Below are positions 50,897 through 60,371 of a stretch of 64,000 nucleotides of DNA, in pieces. The notes under the pieces were generated by a model. It was not told the origin of the DNA. It saw only the letters and a program-made list of their open reading frames with translations, and made no database searches. Where the stretch lies: assembly GCA_963755895.1 (NCBI GenBank), contig CAVWMD010000027.1, positions 240,881 through 304,880 on the forward strand, in the 5' to 3' direction. This DNA is from an uncultured Alphaproteobacteria bacterium. GTDB lineage: Bacteria; Pseudomonadota; Alphaproteobacteria; Rhizobiales; Xanthobacteraceae. Positions within the stretch are counted from its first letter, which is position 1. Each line of letters opens with the position of its first letter. A program made the position numbers and the translations under genes.

Positions 50897-51823
50897 TCAG
50901 AACCGGTTGGGGACGTACATTTCGGGCGGGATCGGTCCGCGGTGATAATCAGGGTTGTGGACCCTCGGCGGCAATACGACGGGCTGGTGCTGCACCTCGG
51001 AATAGGGAATCTGATCCAGCAGATGGGAGATGCAGTTAAGCCGCGCCCGCTTCTTGTCCACGGCATCGACGATCCACCACGGCGAGTCCGGAAGATGGGT
51101 ATGCTCCAGCATCGCTTCCTTGGCCTTGGTGTATTGCTCCCAGCGGCTTCGCGACTGGACGTCCATCGGACTCAGCTTCCACTGCTTCAGCGGATCCTGG
51201 ATCCGCATGGTGAAACGGAATTGCTGTTCTTCGTCAGTGATCGAGAACCAGTATTTGATCAGGATGATCCCGGAACGCATCAACATGCGTTCGAACTCCG
51301 GCACTGATTGGAAGAACTCCTGGTACTGATCCTCGGTGCAAAAGCCCATCACGCGCTCGACGCCGGCGCGATTGTACCAGCTGCGGTCGAACAGCACGAT
51401 CTCGCCGCCGGCCGGCAGATGCGAGACATATCGCTGGAAATACCATTGCGTCCGCTCGCGCTCGCTGGGGGCCGGAAGTGCTGCGACCCGGCAGATACGC
51501 GGATTGAGCCGCTGGGTGATGCGCTTGATGGCGCCGCCCTTGCCGGCGGAATCCCGCCCCTCGAACAGAACGACGACCTTTTTCTTTTCGTGCTGGACCC
51601 AATCCTGCAGCTTCACCAGTTCGCCCTGCAGGCGGAACAGCTCCTTGAAATAGACCCTGCGGTCGACGGTGTCGCGGCCGGACGGATCGGGTGCGTCGTC
51701 GGTGGCGGCGTCGAGCCGGTGATCGTCGAGTTCGAGCTCCAACTCCTCGTCAAGCGTATCGGCCATATCCTGGCGAATGCGTTCGCGCAGCGCGGCTTCG
51801 GCGGTCATATCGGATGGGGTCAT
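50897..51823 (-). CDS. ppk2: polyphosphate kinase 2
   Basis: FEGRDSAGKGG Walker A, YFQRYVSHLPAGGEIVLFDRSWYNRAGVERVMGF, and the PPK2 lid region. Confidence 0.92.
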   Translation of the reverse strand: MTPSDMTAEAALRERIRQDMADTLDEELELELDDHRLDAATDDAPDPSGRDTVDRRVYFKELFRLQGELVKLQDWVQHEKKKVVVLFEGRDSAGKGGAIKRITQRLNPRICRVAALPAPSERERTQWYFQRYVSHLPAGGEIVLFDRSWYNRAGVERVMGFCTEDQYQEFFQSVPEFERMLMRSGIILIKYWFSITDEEQQFRFTMRIQDPLKQWKLSPMDVQSRSRWEQYTKAKEAMLEHTHLPDSPWWIVDAVDKKRARLNCISHLLDQIPYSEVQHQPVVLPPRVHNPDYHRGPIPPEMYVPNRF

Positions 51824-52153
51824 GTAAGCTTCCCTCTAAGCTTTCCTCGGCGGTCGTGCGACGTCGCGGATCCGACCATTGCAAAACTTGTATTGCGGGG
51901 ATGTGACAGCAACCATCGGCGTCCACCACGAGCCTTGTTCAACCGCGCAAGACGCCGATCGCAAGAAAACCAACCGCATAATACCTGTCCGACCCGGCCG
52001 GCCCGGCCGAGGACACCACACGTAAAAGAGGTGTCATGCCATTGTCATAAACCTTTTTTAATTGGCCGATAGACCATCGGTGTCGGGTCCGCGCGCATCC
52101 AATCTTTTGCGCCTGTGGCCTTTGGCTGTCTGTGTAACATAAGGACTTTCACG

Positions 52154-52531
52154 ATGAATCCGGCCCAGAATGGTCACGACGCAGCGGACAAGATCGACGG
52201 CGCCAACGAGCACGATGAGGAGGGCGGCATCAACAAGACGGTCGCGACTGTCGTCGTCGTCGCAGCCGGCGCGGCGCTGTTCGAGGCCGCGTTGTTGCCG
52301 GGCCTTGTGCTCGGTGTGGCCGCGATGGCCGCGCCGAAATATCTACCCAAACTTGCGAGCTCGCTCAATCCGCTGTTCAAGTCGACCGTGCGCGGAACGT
52401 ACAAATTCGCGCAGAAGTCGAAGGAGATGTTCGCGGAAGCTCACGAACAGGTGCACGACATCGTCGCCGAAGTGAAAGCCGAGAACGAAACCGCGGCCAA
52501 CAGCGGCACGACGTCACGGCCGGCCGCCTGA
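52154..52531 (+). CDS. small membrane protein (DUF5132-like), first gene of the atypical P-type ATPase cluster
   Basis: ATG at 52154. One hydrophobic segment (VATVVVVAAGAALFEAALLPGLVLGVAAMAAP) is followed by an amphipathic helix. The DUF5132 assignment is from memory of the family pattern and has not been searched. Confidence 0.55.
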   Translation: MNPAQNGHDAADKIDGANEHDEEGGINKTVATVVVVAAGAALFEAALLPGLVLGVAAMAAPKYLPKLASSLNPLFKSTVRGTYKFAQKSKEMFAEAHEQVHDIVAEVKAENETAANSGTTSRPAA

Positions 52532-52793
52532 TCCTGCGATCGCGCCTGAGCAGGGCCCGCCAAGTGGAACGGGCCTTGCATCGCTGAAATTGTCTTGTGG
52601 CGTTGCCTTGGTGATGCGCGAGCGGCGTCAACGGGTTTTGCAAGCGGATTTGAATTTGCATTCCGGCCGGCGCTATCTGGCGAAGTGATCGAGACGGTGA
52701 GTTCGCGATGAGATCGCAACCAGTTCAGATCGCGACAAGATCAAATCGGCGGAATTGCCCGACCGAGACGCCTTACCGAGCCTGAGATCATTA

Positions 52794-53370
52794 ATGACCA
52801 AGATGAAACTGGAGATCGCGCATCAGGTACCGGGCCGGATCCGCATGAAGGTCGGTGCGGCCAAGGCCAATCCCGAACTGCTCGAGCAGATCAAGGAAAC
52901 CTTCATGGTGATCCCGGGTGTAGAGCAGGTCGAGGTCAACCCGGCAACCGGCAGCGTCGTGCTGCATTACGACGTCGACCAGCACGATGAATTTCACGGC
53001 CATTTGCAGCATCACACCGGCGGCCACCACCAGCCGCCGCCGACCAACGAGATCGACGCGCTCGCCAGCAAGATTTCAGCAGGAGGCGGAATTTCTCGCC
53101 GAGAATTCCCATACCGCCAGGGTGATCGTCGATTTCTTCAAGGCAACCGACAAGCAGATCAAGTCCGCCACCAGCAACACCGTCGACCTCAAGATCGTGC
53201 TGGCCACCGCGATCGCCGGCTTCACGATCCTCGAGGTGGGCGCCAGTGCCGCGACCCCCGTCTGGGTCACGCTCTCGATGTTCGGATTGAACCATCTGAT
53301 CGAAGCCAACAGCCCGGAGGCCCGGGCCGAAGAAGCCGAGGCCGAGGCGGCCGAAGCCGCGACCACGTGA
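52794..53370 (+). pseudogene. stand-alone HMA2-like (Cys-less heavy-metal-associated-like) domain protein with C-terminal TM segment, one frameshift
   Basis: MTKMKLEIAHQVPGRIRMKV...VEVNPATGSVVLHY parallels the ATPase N-terminus (HAMPGRLRLNV...). An extra t at aag att t cag (about 53073) shifts into ORF 52987..53370 (QQEAEFLAENSHTARVIVDFF...TILEVGASAATPVWV). Confidence 0.65.
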
Positions 53371-53399
53371 GGGCTCGCATTGTGTTTTGGATCGATTGA

Positions 53400-55514
53400 A
53401 TGAACTTCTCCGTCCGTCACGCAATGCCCGGCCGGCTTCGGCTCAACGTTCCCGAATTATGCCGAAAGCGTTCGCTGGCCGAGGCGGTCTTGCGCTGGCT
53501 CGGCGTCCAATCCGGGGTCAAGGCCGCGCGGATCAATTACGACTGCGCCAGCCTGGTGCTCGAATATGATCCTGCCCAGGAACCAGTGCTTCGGCTGCTG
53601 TTGGAGCGCTTCCGCAACGCCTCGGTCGTGGAAGTCAAGGCGCTCGCGGCCAGCGCGCCTGCCGGTTCGGGTGCATCCGCCGCGCCGCCCGCGGTGTCGA
53701 AGCAGATGCCGCTGGCGCTGCCGACATTGTCATTGGTGATGGCGTTCAGCGCCAATCCGGTGGTGTTCGCCGCCAACATGCCGTTGATGCTGTGGAACGC
53801 CTGGCCGATCGCCAAGCGCGCCTGGAAGGTGTGGGACAACGAGCGCAGGCTCAACATCGATGTGCTCGATACACTAGCGATCAGCGCCTCGGTGCTGCAG
53901 GGCAATCCGCTCGCCGGCTGTATCGTCACCTGGCTGATCAAGCTTGGCGACTGGATCCGTGACCTGACCGCGGCGGGCTCGCGCCGGGCGATCAGCGATC
54001 TGCTGGAATTCCAGACCAAGAGCGCCTGGATTATCAGGGACGGCGTGGTGGTTTCGATTCCGGCGGCGGACCTTACCGCCGGCGACCTCGTCGTGGTCTA
54101 TCCGGGTGAGATGATCCCGGTCGACGGCGAAATCATCGAGGGCCAGGCCACCATCGATCAAAAGACCATCACCGGCGAAGGCCTGCCGGTCAGCCGCGGG
54201 ACGGGTGAGGCGGCGTTCGCGGCCACCGTGATCCGCGAAGGTCAGATCACGATCCGCGCGCTGCGCGTCGGTTCGGACACCACCGCCGGCCAGATCGTAC
54301 ATCTCGTCGAGTCCGCGCCGATCGGCGACACCAGGATTCAGAACCATGCGGAGCGCTTTGCGGATCGCCTGGTGACGCCGACGCTCGGGCTCGCGGTCGG
54401 CACCGCGGCCCTCACCGGTGATTTCAACCGGTTTCTCTCGCTTGTCATCGTCGATTACGGCACCGGTATTCGCGTCGCGGCGCCGACGTCGGTGCTGTCG
54501 TCGATGACCCACGCGGCGCGCGCCGGCATCATCATTAAGAGCGGCGGCCATATGGAGCGCCTCGCCGGGATCGACACCGTGGTGTTCGACAAGACCGGCA
54601 CGCTGACCCACGGCACGCCGGCGGTTATCGATGTGATCTCCTACCAGCATCACATCACCTCCAACCATCTGCTGGGCCTTGCCGCCGCGGCGGAAACCCG
54701 GTTGACCCATCCGGTGGCGCAGGCGTTGCGCGACCGCGCGCGCGAGCTCGCGGTCAATGTCCCGCCGTGTGACGAAACCACCTATCGCCTCGGGCTTGGC
54801 GTCGAGGGCCAGGTCAACGGCTACTACATGCATGTCGGCAATTCGCGCTTCATGCGCGAGAGCGACATCAGGATCGACCTGTCGGTGTCGGACCGCAGCG
54901 CGCTCGACGAGAAGGGCTATTCCTGCCTCTATATCGCGGTCGATGGCCAACTCGCCGGCCTCGTGCCATATTCGGACGAAATTCGCGCCGAGAGCAAACC
55001 CGTGATCCAGAAGCTCCACGCCCTCGGCATCAAGGACACGATCATGCTGACCGGCGACAATGCCGTGGTCGCGCGCGCGGTGTGCCGCAACATCGGCCTG
55101 ACCCGGCATTTCGCCGACATGCTGCCGGCCGACAAGGCCGACATTATCCAGCAATTGCAGCGCGAGGGCCGGCGCGTCGCCATGGTCGGCGACGGCATCA
55201 ACGATTTCCCGGCGCTGAGCTTTGCCGATGTCGGCATCGCGATGAAACATGGCGCGGAAGTGACCCACGAGTCCGCCGATATCATCCTGATGGAGGACTC
55301 GCTGTGGCGCCTCGTCAAGGCGGTCGAGATATCGCAGGGCGCTGTCAGGCTGATCAAGCAGAATTATGCGATCGTCGCCGGACTGAACACGCTGGCGCTC
55401 GGATTGGCGTTGCCCGGAGGACTGATCACGCCCGAGGTCACGGCGCTGATCAGCAATGGCTCGGCGATTCTGGCCAGCATGAACGGTATCCGGCCAATCC
55501 TGCGGTACCAATGA
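53400..55514 (+). CDS. P-type ATPase, P1B-like architecture but lacking CPC/metal-ligand TM motifs
   Basis: TGE (ITGEGLPV), DKTGTLT (D397), THP (N-domain), TGDN and GDGIND are all present. The position about 45 residues before DKTGT reads VIVD352-Y-G-TGIRVAAPTS instead of CPC. The last TM segment has SNGS instead of MxxSS. The N-terminal domain has HAMPGRLRL and no CxxC. Confidence 0.85.
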   Translation: MNFSVRHAMPGRLRLNVPELCRKRSLAEAVLRWLGVQSGVKAARINYDCASLVLEYDPAQEPVLRLLLERFRNASVVEVKALAASAPAGSGASAAPPAVSKQMPLALPTLSLVMAFSANPVVFAANMPLMLWNAWPIAKRAWKVWDNERRLNIDVLDTLAISASVLQGNPLAGCIVTWLIKLGDWIRDLTAAGSRRAISDLLEFQTKSAWIIRDGVVVSIPAADLTAGDLVVVYPGEMIPVDGEIIEGQATIDQKTITGEGLPVSRGTGEAAFAATVIREGQITIRALRVGSDTTAGQIVHLVESAPIGDTRIQNHAERFADRLVTPTLGLAVGTAALTGDFNRFLSLVIVDYGTGIRVAAPTSVLSSMTHAARAGIIIKSGGHMERLAGIDTVVFDKTGTLTHGTPAVIDVISYQHHITSNHLLGLAAAAETRLTHPVAQALRDRARELAVNVPPCDETTYRLGLGVEGQVNGYYMHVGNSRFMRESDIRIDLSVSDRSALDEKGYSCLYIAVDGQLAGLVPYSDEIRAESKPVIQKLHALGIKDTIMLTGDNAVVARAVCRNIGLTRHFADMLPADKADIIQQLQREGRRVAMVGDGINDFPALSFADVGIAMKHGAEVTHESADIILMEDSLWRLVKAVEISQGAVRLIKQNYAIVAGLNTLALGLALPGGLITPEVTALISNGSAILASMNGIRPILRYQ

Positions 55515-56335
55515 TCGCAGAACTCAGCACAGTTCTTTCCCAGCCCGATCGCGAAGCCTTGAAGCTTGCGGTGCACAACCTCGAAAATCCGAATTTCGCC
55601 GCGCGGCTGGCCGATTACGCAGGTGTGCCGGTCAATCGCGTGCTTGGCATCCTGCCCAAATTCGCCAACGGCCAATTGAGCGCCATGGTACGCTCCGCGG
55701 TCATGAAGGGCCTCGATGTCGCCATCGACACGCTTGACGAGGACGCGACGCTGCCGCCGTTGACCGGCTTCTCGTCGTTTCTGGCGGGGGTCACGGGCGG
55801 GGTCAGCGGATTGATCGGCTTCGCGGCGCTGCCGTTCGAGCTGCCTTTGACCACCACCTTCATGCTCCGTGCCATCGCTTCGATCGCGCGGCACGAGGGC
55901 GAGGATCTGTCGCAGATCGAGCCGCGGCTTGCTTGCCTCGAGGTCTTCGCATTCGGGGCCAAGCGCCCCGCCGGGCAGCAGATCGATATCGGCTATTACG
56001 CCGCCCGTGCCTTGCTCAGCAAATACACCAACGAGATCGCCGCGTTCGTCGCCGAGCGCGGGGCGGTCGACGTCTCCGCTCCCGTGGTGACCAGCCTGGT
56101 CAGCGAGATCGTTTCGCGCTTTGGCCTTGTGGTGTCCGACAAGGCTGCCGCGGGCGCGTTGCCGATCCTCGGCGCGGTCGGCGGGGCGACCGTCAATGTG
56201 ATTTTCATGGATCACTTTCAACGGATCGCGCAGGGTCATTTCGCGCTGCGCCGGCTCGAGCGCACCTATGGCAGCGCCACGGTCCGCCAGCTCTATGCCG
56301 ATCTCTCCAGCAAGCCGGCGCAGGCTCTTGGCTGA
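55511..56335 (+). CDS. EcsC family protein
   Basis: The ATG overlaps the ATPase stop (ATGA). NPNFAARLADYAGVP...LPFELPLTTTFMLRAIASIARHEGEDL matches the EcsC family pattern. Confidence 0.7.
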   Translation: MIAELSTVLSQPDREALKLAVHNLENPNFAARLADYAGVPVNRVLGILPKFANGQLSAMVRSAVMKGLDVAIDTLDEDATLPPLTGFSSFLAGVTGGVSGLIGFAALPFELPLTTTFMLRAIASIARHEGEDLSQIEPRLACLEVFAFGAKRPAGQQIDIGYYAARALLSKYTNEIAAFVAERGAVDVSAPVVTSLVSEIVSRFGLVVSDKAAAGALPILGAVGGATVNVIFMDHFQRIAQGHFALRRLERTYGSATVRQLYADLSSKPAQALG

Positions 56336-56438
56336 GCTGTCCGGTTCAGACACGCCGCACGCGGCGAAACGGAAGCCGCCGCTGAGCACCCCGGTGTTGA
56401 ATCCCGTCCCCGATACCAGGCTGCGCAATCTGCGCCGG

Positions 56439-57638
56439 ATGCGCTTTCTCGCCACCGCGCTGTTGGGGCTGATGTTCGTCATTTTCATCGCAACCTCATT
56501 CGCGCCGGTGCAATGGCCCTGGCTGTCCTACCTGCAGGCCTTCGCCGAAGCCGGGATGATCGGGGCCTGCGCCGACTGGTTCGCGGTCGTTGCGATGTTC
56601 CGCCATCCGCTCGGCCTGCCGATACCGCACACCGCGATCGTGCCGCACAACAAGGGCCGCATCGGCGGCGCGCTCGGCCGTTTCGTCTCCAACAACTTTC
56701 TGTCGCCGCTGGTGCTCGAGGCAAAGCTGCGGGAGATCGATACAGCCGGATGGATCGCCCGCTGGCTGTCGGAGCGCGAGAACACCAGGCGCATCGCGCG
56801 GCGGGCCGCAGCGGCGCTGCCTCATATGTTGCAGGCATTGCCGCGCGATCAGCTCGGCGCATTCCTGACCCGCGCCATACGCCACGGCATCGAAGCCGTC
56901 CCGGCAGCGCCGCTTGCGTCGGAATTGCTGTCGCTGTTCTGGGCGCAGGGCGAGACCCAGGCGCTGGTGGAAAAGGCGATCTCGATCGCGGCCACAGCCC
57001 TTGTCGACAATCGCGACGTCATCAAGGCTACGGTTGCGAAGAAATCCTCGCGCTTCATCCCGAAATGGGTCGATGGCATCGTCGCCGACAAGATCATGAG
57101 CGGGGTGTCGCAGCTGCTCGACGAGATGCGCAATCCCGGTCATCCCTGGCGGCTCGAGCTTGGCGCAGCAATCGAGCGGCTGATCAAGGACCTCGCCGAG
57201 AATCCGCAGATGATCGGGCGCGGCGAGGAACTGAAGGCCGAGATGCTGAGCAACCCGATGGTCGCCGAGCAGGTCGGCAAGCTCTGGATCCGGATCGAAA
57301 CCAGGATCGGCGCAGATTCCGCATCCTATATCGATCCGCTATCCGACGGGCTCGAACGCGGATTGTCCGCGCTCGGCGGCTGGATGGCGCAGGACGAGAA
57401 AATCAAGACCGCGATCAATCAATGGGTCGCGATAGCCTTGCTGCGCCTGGTCGCACCGCGCCGCGCCGAAATCGGTAACTTCATCGCACAGGTGGTGGAG
57501 CGGTGGGATAGCGAAACGCTGGTCAACCGGCTGGAATTGCAGGTTGGACGCGACCTGCAATATATCAGGATCAACGGCACGCTGGTCGGCGGCCTCGTCG
57601 GCCTGATCATCTTTTCCGCCAAGCGGCTTTTTCTTTAA
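56439..57638 (+). CDS. DUF445 domain-containing membrane protein
   Basis: GACADWFAVVAMFRHPLGLPIPHTAIVPHNKGRIG is the DUF445 signature. The start is uncertain (ATG 56439, or GTG at about 56394). Confidence 0.75.
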   Translation: MRFLATALLGLMFVIFIATSFAPVQWPWLSYLQAFAEAGMIGACADWFAVVAMFRHPLGLPIPHTAIVPHNKGRIGGALGRFVSNNFLSPLVLEAKLREIDTAGWIARWLSERENTRRIARRAAAALPHMLQALPRDQLGAFLTRAIRHGIEAVPAAPLASELLSLFWAQGETQALVEKAISIAATALVDNRDVIKATVAKKSSRFIPKWVDGIVADKIMSGVSQLLDEMRNPGHPWRLELGAAIERLIKDLAENPQMIGRGEELKAEMLSNPMVAEQVGKLWIRIETRIGADSASYIDPLSDGLERGLSALGGWMAQDEKIKTAINQWVAIALLRLVAPRRAEIGNFIAQVVERWDSETLVNRLELQVGRDLQYIRINGTLVGGLVGLIIFSAKRLFL

Positions 57639-57652
57639 GCCTCTCTCGCCGG

Positions 57653-58768
57653 TCAAAGCCCGGGCGAGAAGGTGACGCCGTCGGCCTCGGTCATCTTGTG
57701 GATCGCGGCATCGAACGACATCCGGTCGGCATTTTCCAGCGACTGTGCGCGCAGCGTCTCGGTCAGTTCGTCCTGTTCGAGCAGGAAGCTCTGACCGTCG
57801 CGAAGCCGGACATAAGCCGCCCAGGGAATGAATTTGGTGAGGGGGAACGGCAATCCCTCGGGCGGCGAGATGTCGATATTCAGTCCCGAAATGAACAGCA
57901 GGTTTTTACCGCGGTAGGCCGGCTCGTGCAGGATGCTACGATAGGTGCGATCGAATTCGAGCTGGGTATGGTAGCGCGCGGCGTCCAGCGCCGGCTCCGA
58001 TGACGTCACCAAGGTCGGCATCGCCGGAGCCAAGGCGGCTTCGAGGATGTCGTGGCCTTCAGGCCCTTCGGTCGGAGTGCGGCGGAAATGAAACATGTCC
58101 GGCGTCAGCCGGGAGCCGATCGGCTGTGGTTTGGTGCCAAAGGTCTCCGTGGGCAGGCTCGCAGCGAACGACGCCGCGGCCGGAAACGCCTTTGACGTGC
58201 TCAGCACCCTGAGCGGCTCTTCGCTGTGATCGACCAGCCGGTCCATATTCAGAAACAGGCCCTCGTGACGCCGTTCATCGAGGAACTGGTTGTCGATGAA
58301 CACGGTCGGCACGCCCTCGATGCGGCCGCACAGCACGTGATCGCGGGCCTGCTGGTATTCATGCTGATACCAATGCAGCACCGCGCACATCTTGCCGCAA
58401 CTGTCGCCGAACTCGCGGCCGGCGGTGCGCGGGCGCTGGTAGACGCCGAACCGTCTGGTATCGGCGTCGTAGCCGACATGGCTGGCCTGGACGATGATCA
58501 GGTCTTCGCCGTGATGGGAATGCGGCCCATGGCGATTGATCGCGACCTTGCCGCCGACCCGGCCATGGTCGAAGGGAAACGTGCCGAAATGCTGCGCCAG
58601 CAGAATGACGGGATAGCCCTGGCTTTCGTCCGAGCAGAACGCCCGCGACGGCATCATCCGCTGGCGCTCGAAACCGAGCGAAAGGCAGTAATTATACAGC
58701 CGCGGCACAAAATGGCTGTACCGCATCGCGCGGTCGCCAAGCTTCAGGTTCTCGATGATGCGCCGCAT
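57653..58768 (-). CDS. LCIB/LCIC-like protein (beta-carbonic-anhydrase-related fold family)
   Basis: SRAFCSDESQGYPV...HGPHSHHGEDLIIVQASHVGYD...GDSCGKMCAV gives candidate Zn ligands C45/H97/C124 (numbered from Met 58768). The spacing is close to the Cys-His-Cys triad I recall for algal LCIB. Recognised from memory, not searched. Confidence 0.6.
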   Translation of the reverse strand: MRRIIENLKLGDRAMRYSHFVPRLYNYCLSLGFERQRMMPSRAFCSDESQGYPVILLAQHFGTFPFDHGRVGGKVAINRHGPHSHHGEDLIIVQASHVGYDADTRRFGVYQRPRTAGREFGDSCGKMCAVLHWYQHEYQQARDHVLCGRIEGVPTVFIDNQFLDERRHEGLFLNMDRLVDHSEEPLRVLSTSKAFPAAASFAASLPTETFGTKPQPIGSRLTPDMFHFRRTPTEGPEGHDILEAALAPAMPTLVTSSEPALDAARYHTQLEFDRTYRSILHEPAYRGKNLLFISGLNIDISPPEGLPFPLTKFIPWAAYVRLRDGQSFLLEQDELTETLRAQSLENADRMSFDAAIHKMTEADGVTFSPGL

Positions 58769-58906
58769 GTGAATGCCCTGCCAAAGCGGGTTTTGACTTT
58801 GATATGAGATATTTCCGACACAAGCGTGACAGGAGTTGCGGTGCTTGTGGCAGCGCCAGGCATGGTTGCGGCCGTCGGCCGGCAAAAGGCCGCCGAGGTC
58901 GTAGTT

Positions 58907-59338
58907 CTAGATCGACGGCGTGGTAATCCGCACGCAGTCGCGGCGTCCCATCAGGACGCAATCCTGGGTCCGGCGCAGGTCCTGGATGCTCATGGCGAGC
59001 CATATTCCAATCGCCGTCAGGGCGATGGTAAAGGCAAGCGCCGCGATGTTTGCCAGGATACGATGATGAAAGTCATCCGGCTCATCCCGGGGCCGCTCAT
59101 AGCGCGACAGGTCGTTCGGCTCCCGACCGGCGTCCTTCAGCGGCGTAACGGCGGCGGGATCCTTCCTCCACCCCTGCGTGAGAGCGCCGTTACGCGGCCG
59201 GAATTGCAGCACGCGGTGCTCTTCTTCCGCCGCGATGGGCCGCTGGTTTTTCACTGCTGCCAGCTCCGTGAATCCTGATTTCAAATTAGCACGCTCGCGG
59301 CGCGTGTCACAGCAAATGTTGGGATTATAAGACACCAA
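58907..59338 (-). CDS. hypothetical membrane-anchored protein
   Basis: C-terminal TM helix ILANIAALAFTIALTAIGIWLAM followed by QDCVLMGRRDC. Lies between KirBac and the LCIB-like gene on the same strand. Start uncertain. Confidence 0.5.
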   Translation of the reverse strand: MVSYNPNICCDTRRERANLKSGFTELAAVKNQRPIAAEEEHRVLQFRPRNGALTQGWRKDPAAVTPLKDAGREPNDLSRYERPRDEPDDFHHRILANIAALAFTIALTAIGIWLAMSIQDLRRTQDCVLMGRRDCVRITTPSI

Positions 59339-59362
59339 CTAAAAGATGATGGCGATAGCCAG

Positions 59363-60262
59363 TTATGCCTGTTCGATGGTTTCGTTGAACCGGCCATAAT
59401 CCAGTCTCAAACGGCCGTCTTCCTGGGGGCCGAGGATATCGACATAGCTGCGGCCAAACAGGATGGCGGCGTGGTCGTACGACCTTCGGGCGTGGACCGT
59501 TTGCGCCGCAACAACATCATACCCGGACACCACCACCACGAGAGACGTGCTGGTTGCATCGAGGTCTTCCGCGCTCTGCTGATAGAGCGGGCTGTCTTCA
59601 TCGATCGTGTGGTAGAGCGTCCAGCTCAGCGCCAGCGCGGGGTGCTCGCTTCGCATCAGCGGCAATTCGTAAAATCGCCGATGCGATCGGCCCTCCAGGG
59701 TCACGACGTTTCTGAGCAGCCACAATTTGGCGGTGGCATTGGCGATAACGTTGTGACGTTCGTTGGCAAAACGTATCATCAGGGTCGGCTTGCCGTCGTG
59801 GTTTGAAATCACCGGATTGTCCGCGAACAACAGCCGTGCATTGGGGCGCGAGAACCGGGCAAAGATCAGGCCGGTCATCAACGACATCGAGAAGATGCCC
59901 GTGAACAACTCCACCGCGGCGATGAAATGCCCGTAATGGGTCTGCGGGTGCATGTCGCCGTAACCCGCGGTCGAAAGCGTCTCGATGCTGAAATAGAGAT
60001 AGTCGATATAGGCGCCGCCGGGGACGTTGGCGATCGGCTGATCTCCGATCCAGTAGAGCCAGGCGAAAATCGCGTTGAAGATCACAAACACCAGCGCGGC
60101 GCCGCCGATGAAGGCAGGCCATGTGGCGGTCATGCAGCGATGGCTGATGTCGGCCCAGAAACTGAGATGAAGGCCCTCGCTGATGATGATTTCGCGGTCG
60201 CCAAATCGAATGACCTGTTCGTTCGGTTTTCGTCTCGTTCCGTCGCCTTGAACATCGTCCAA
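59363..60262 (-). CDS. inward-rectifier-type potassium channel (KirBac family)
   Basis: YFSIETLSTAGYGDMHPQT pore and selectivity filter plus FARFSRPNARLLF and a cytoplasmic Ig-like C-terminal domain. Close to my recollection of KirBac1.1. Confidence 0.88.
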   Translation of the reverse strand: MDDVQGDGTRRKPNEQVIRFGDREIIISEGLHLSFWADISHRCMTATWPAFIGGAALVFVIFNAIFAWLYWIGDQPIANVPGGAYIDYLYFSIETLSTAGYGDMHPQTHYGHFIAAVELFTGIFSMSLMTGLIFARFSRPNARLLFADNPVISNHDGKPTLMIRFANERHNVIANATAKLWLLRNVVTLEGRSHRRFYELPLMRSEHPALALSWTLYHTIDEDSPLYQQSAEDLDATSTSLVVVVSGYDVVAAQTVHARRSYDHAAILFGRSYVDILGPQEDGRLRLDYGRFNETIEQA

Positions 60263-60371
60263 ATCTCTTGAAGCGCTCGCGCCAAAGGTATTTAATTGCC
60301 AGTGCCATCATGGCATAATCGCGGCGATTTAAGCGACATTTTTGCCCAGTCAGACATCGGGGGTTCAAGTC

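Noticed and set aside
53874-55511. 545 aa minus-strand ORF
   Set aside because: Entirely antisense to the P-type ATPase, whose catalytic motifs are unambiguous.
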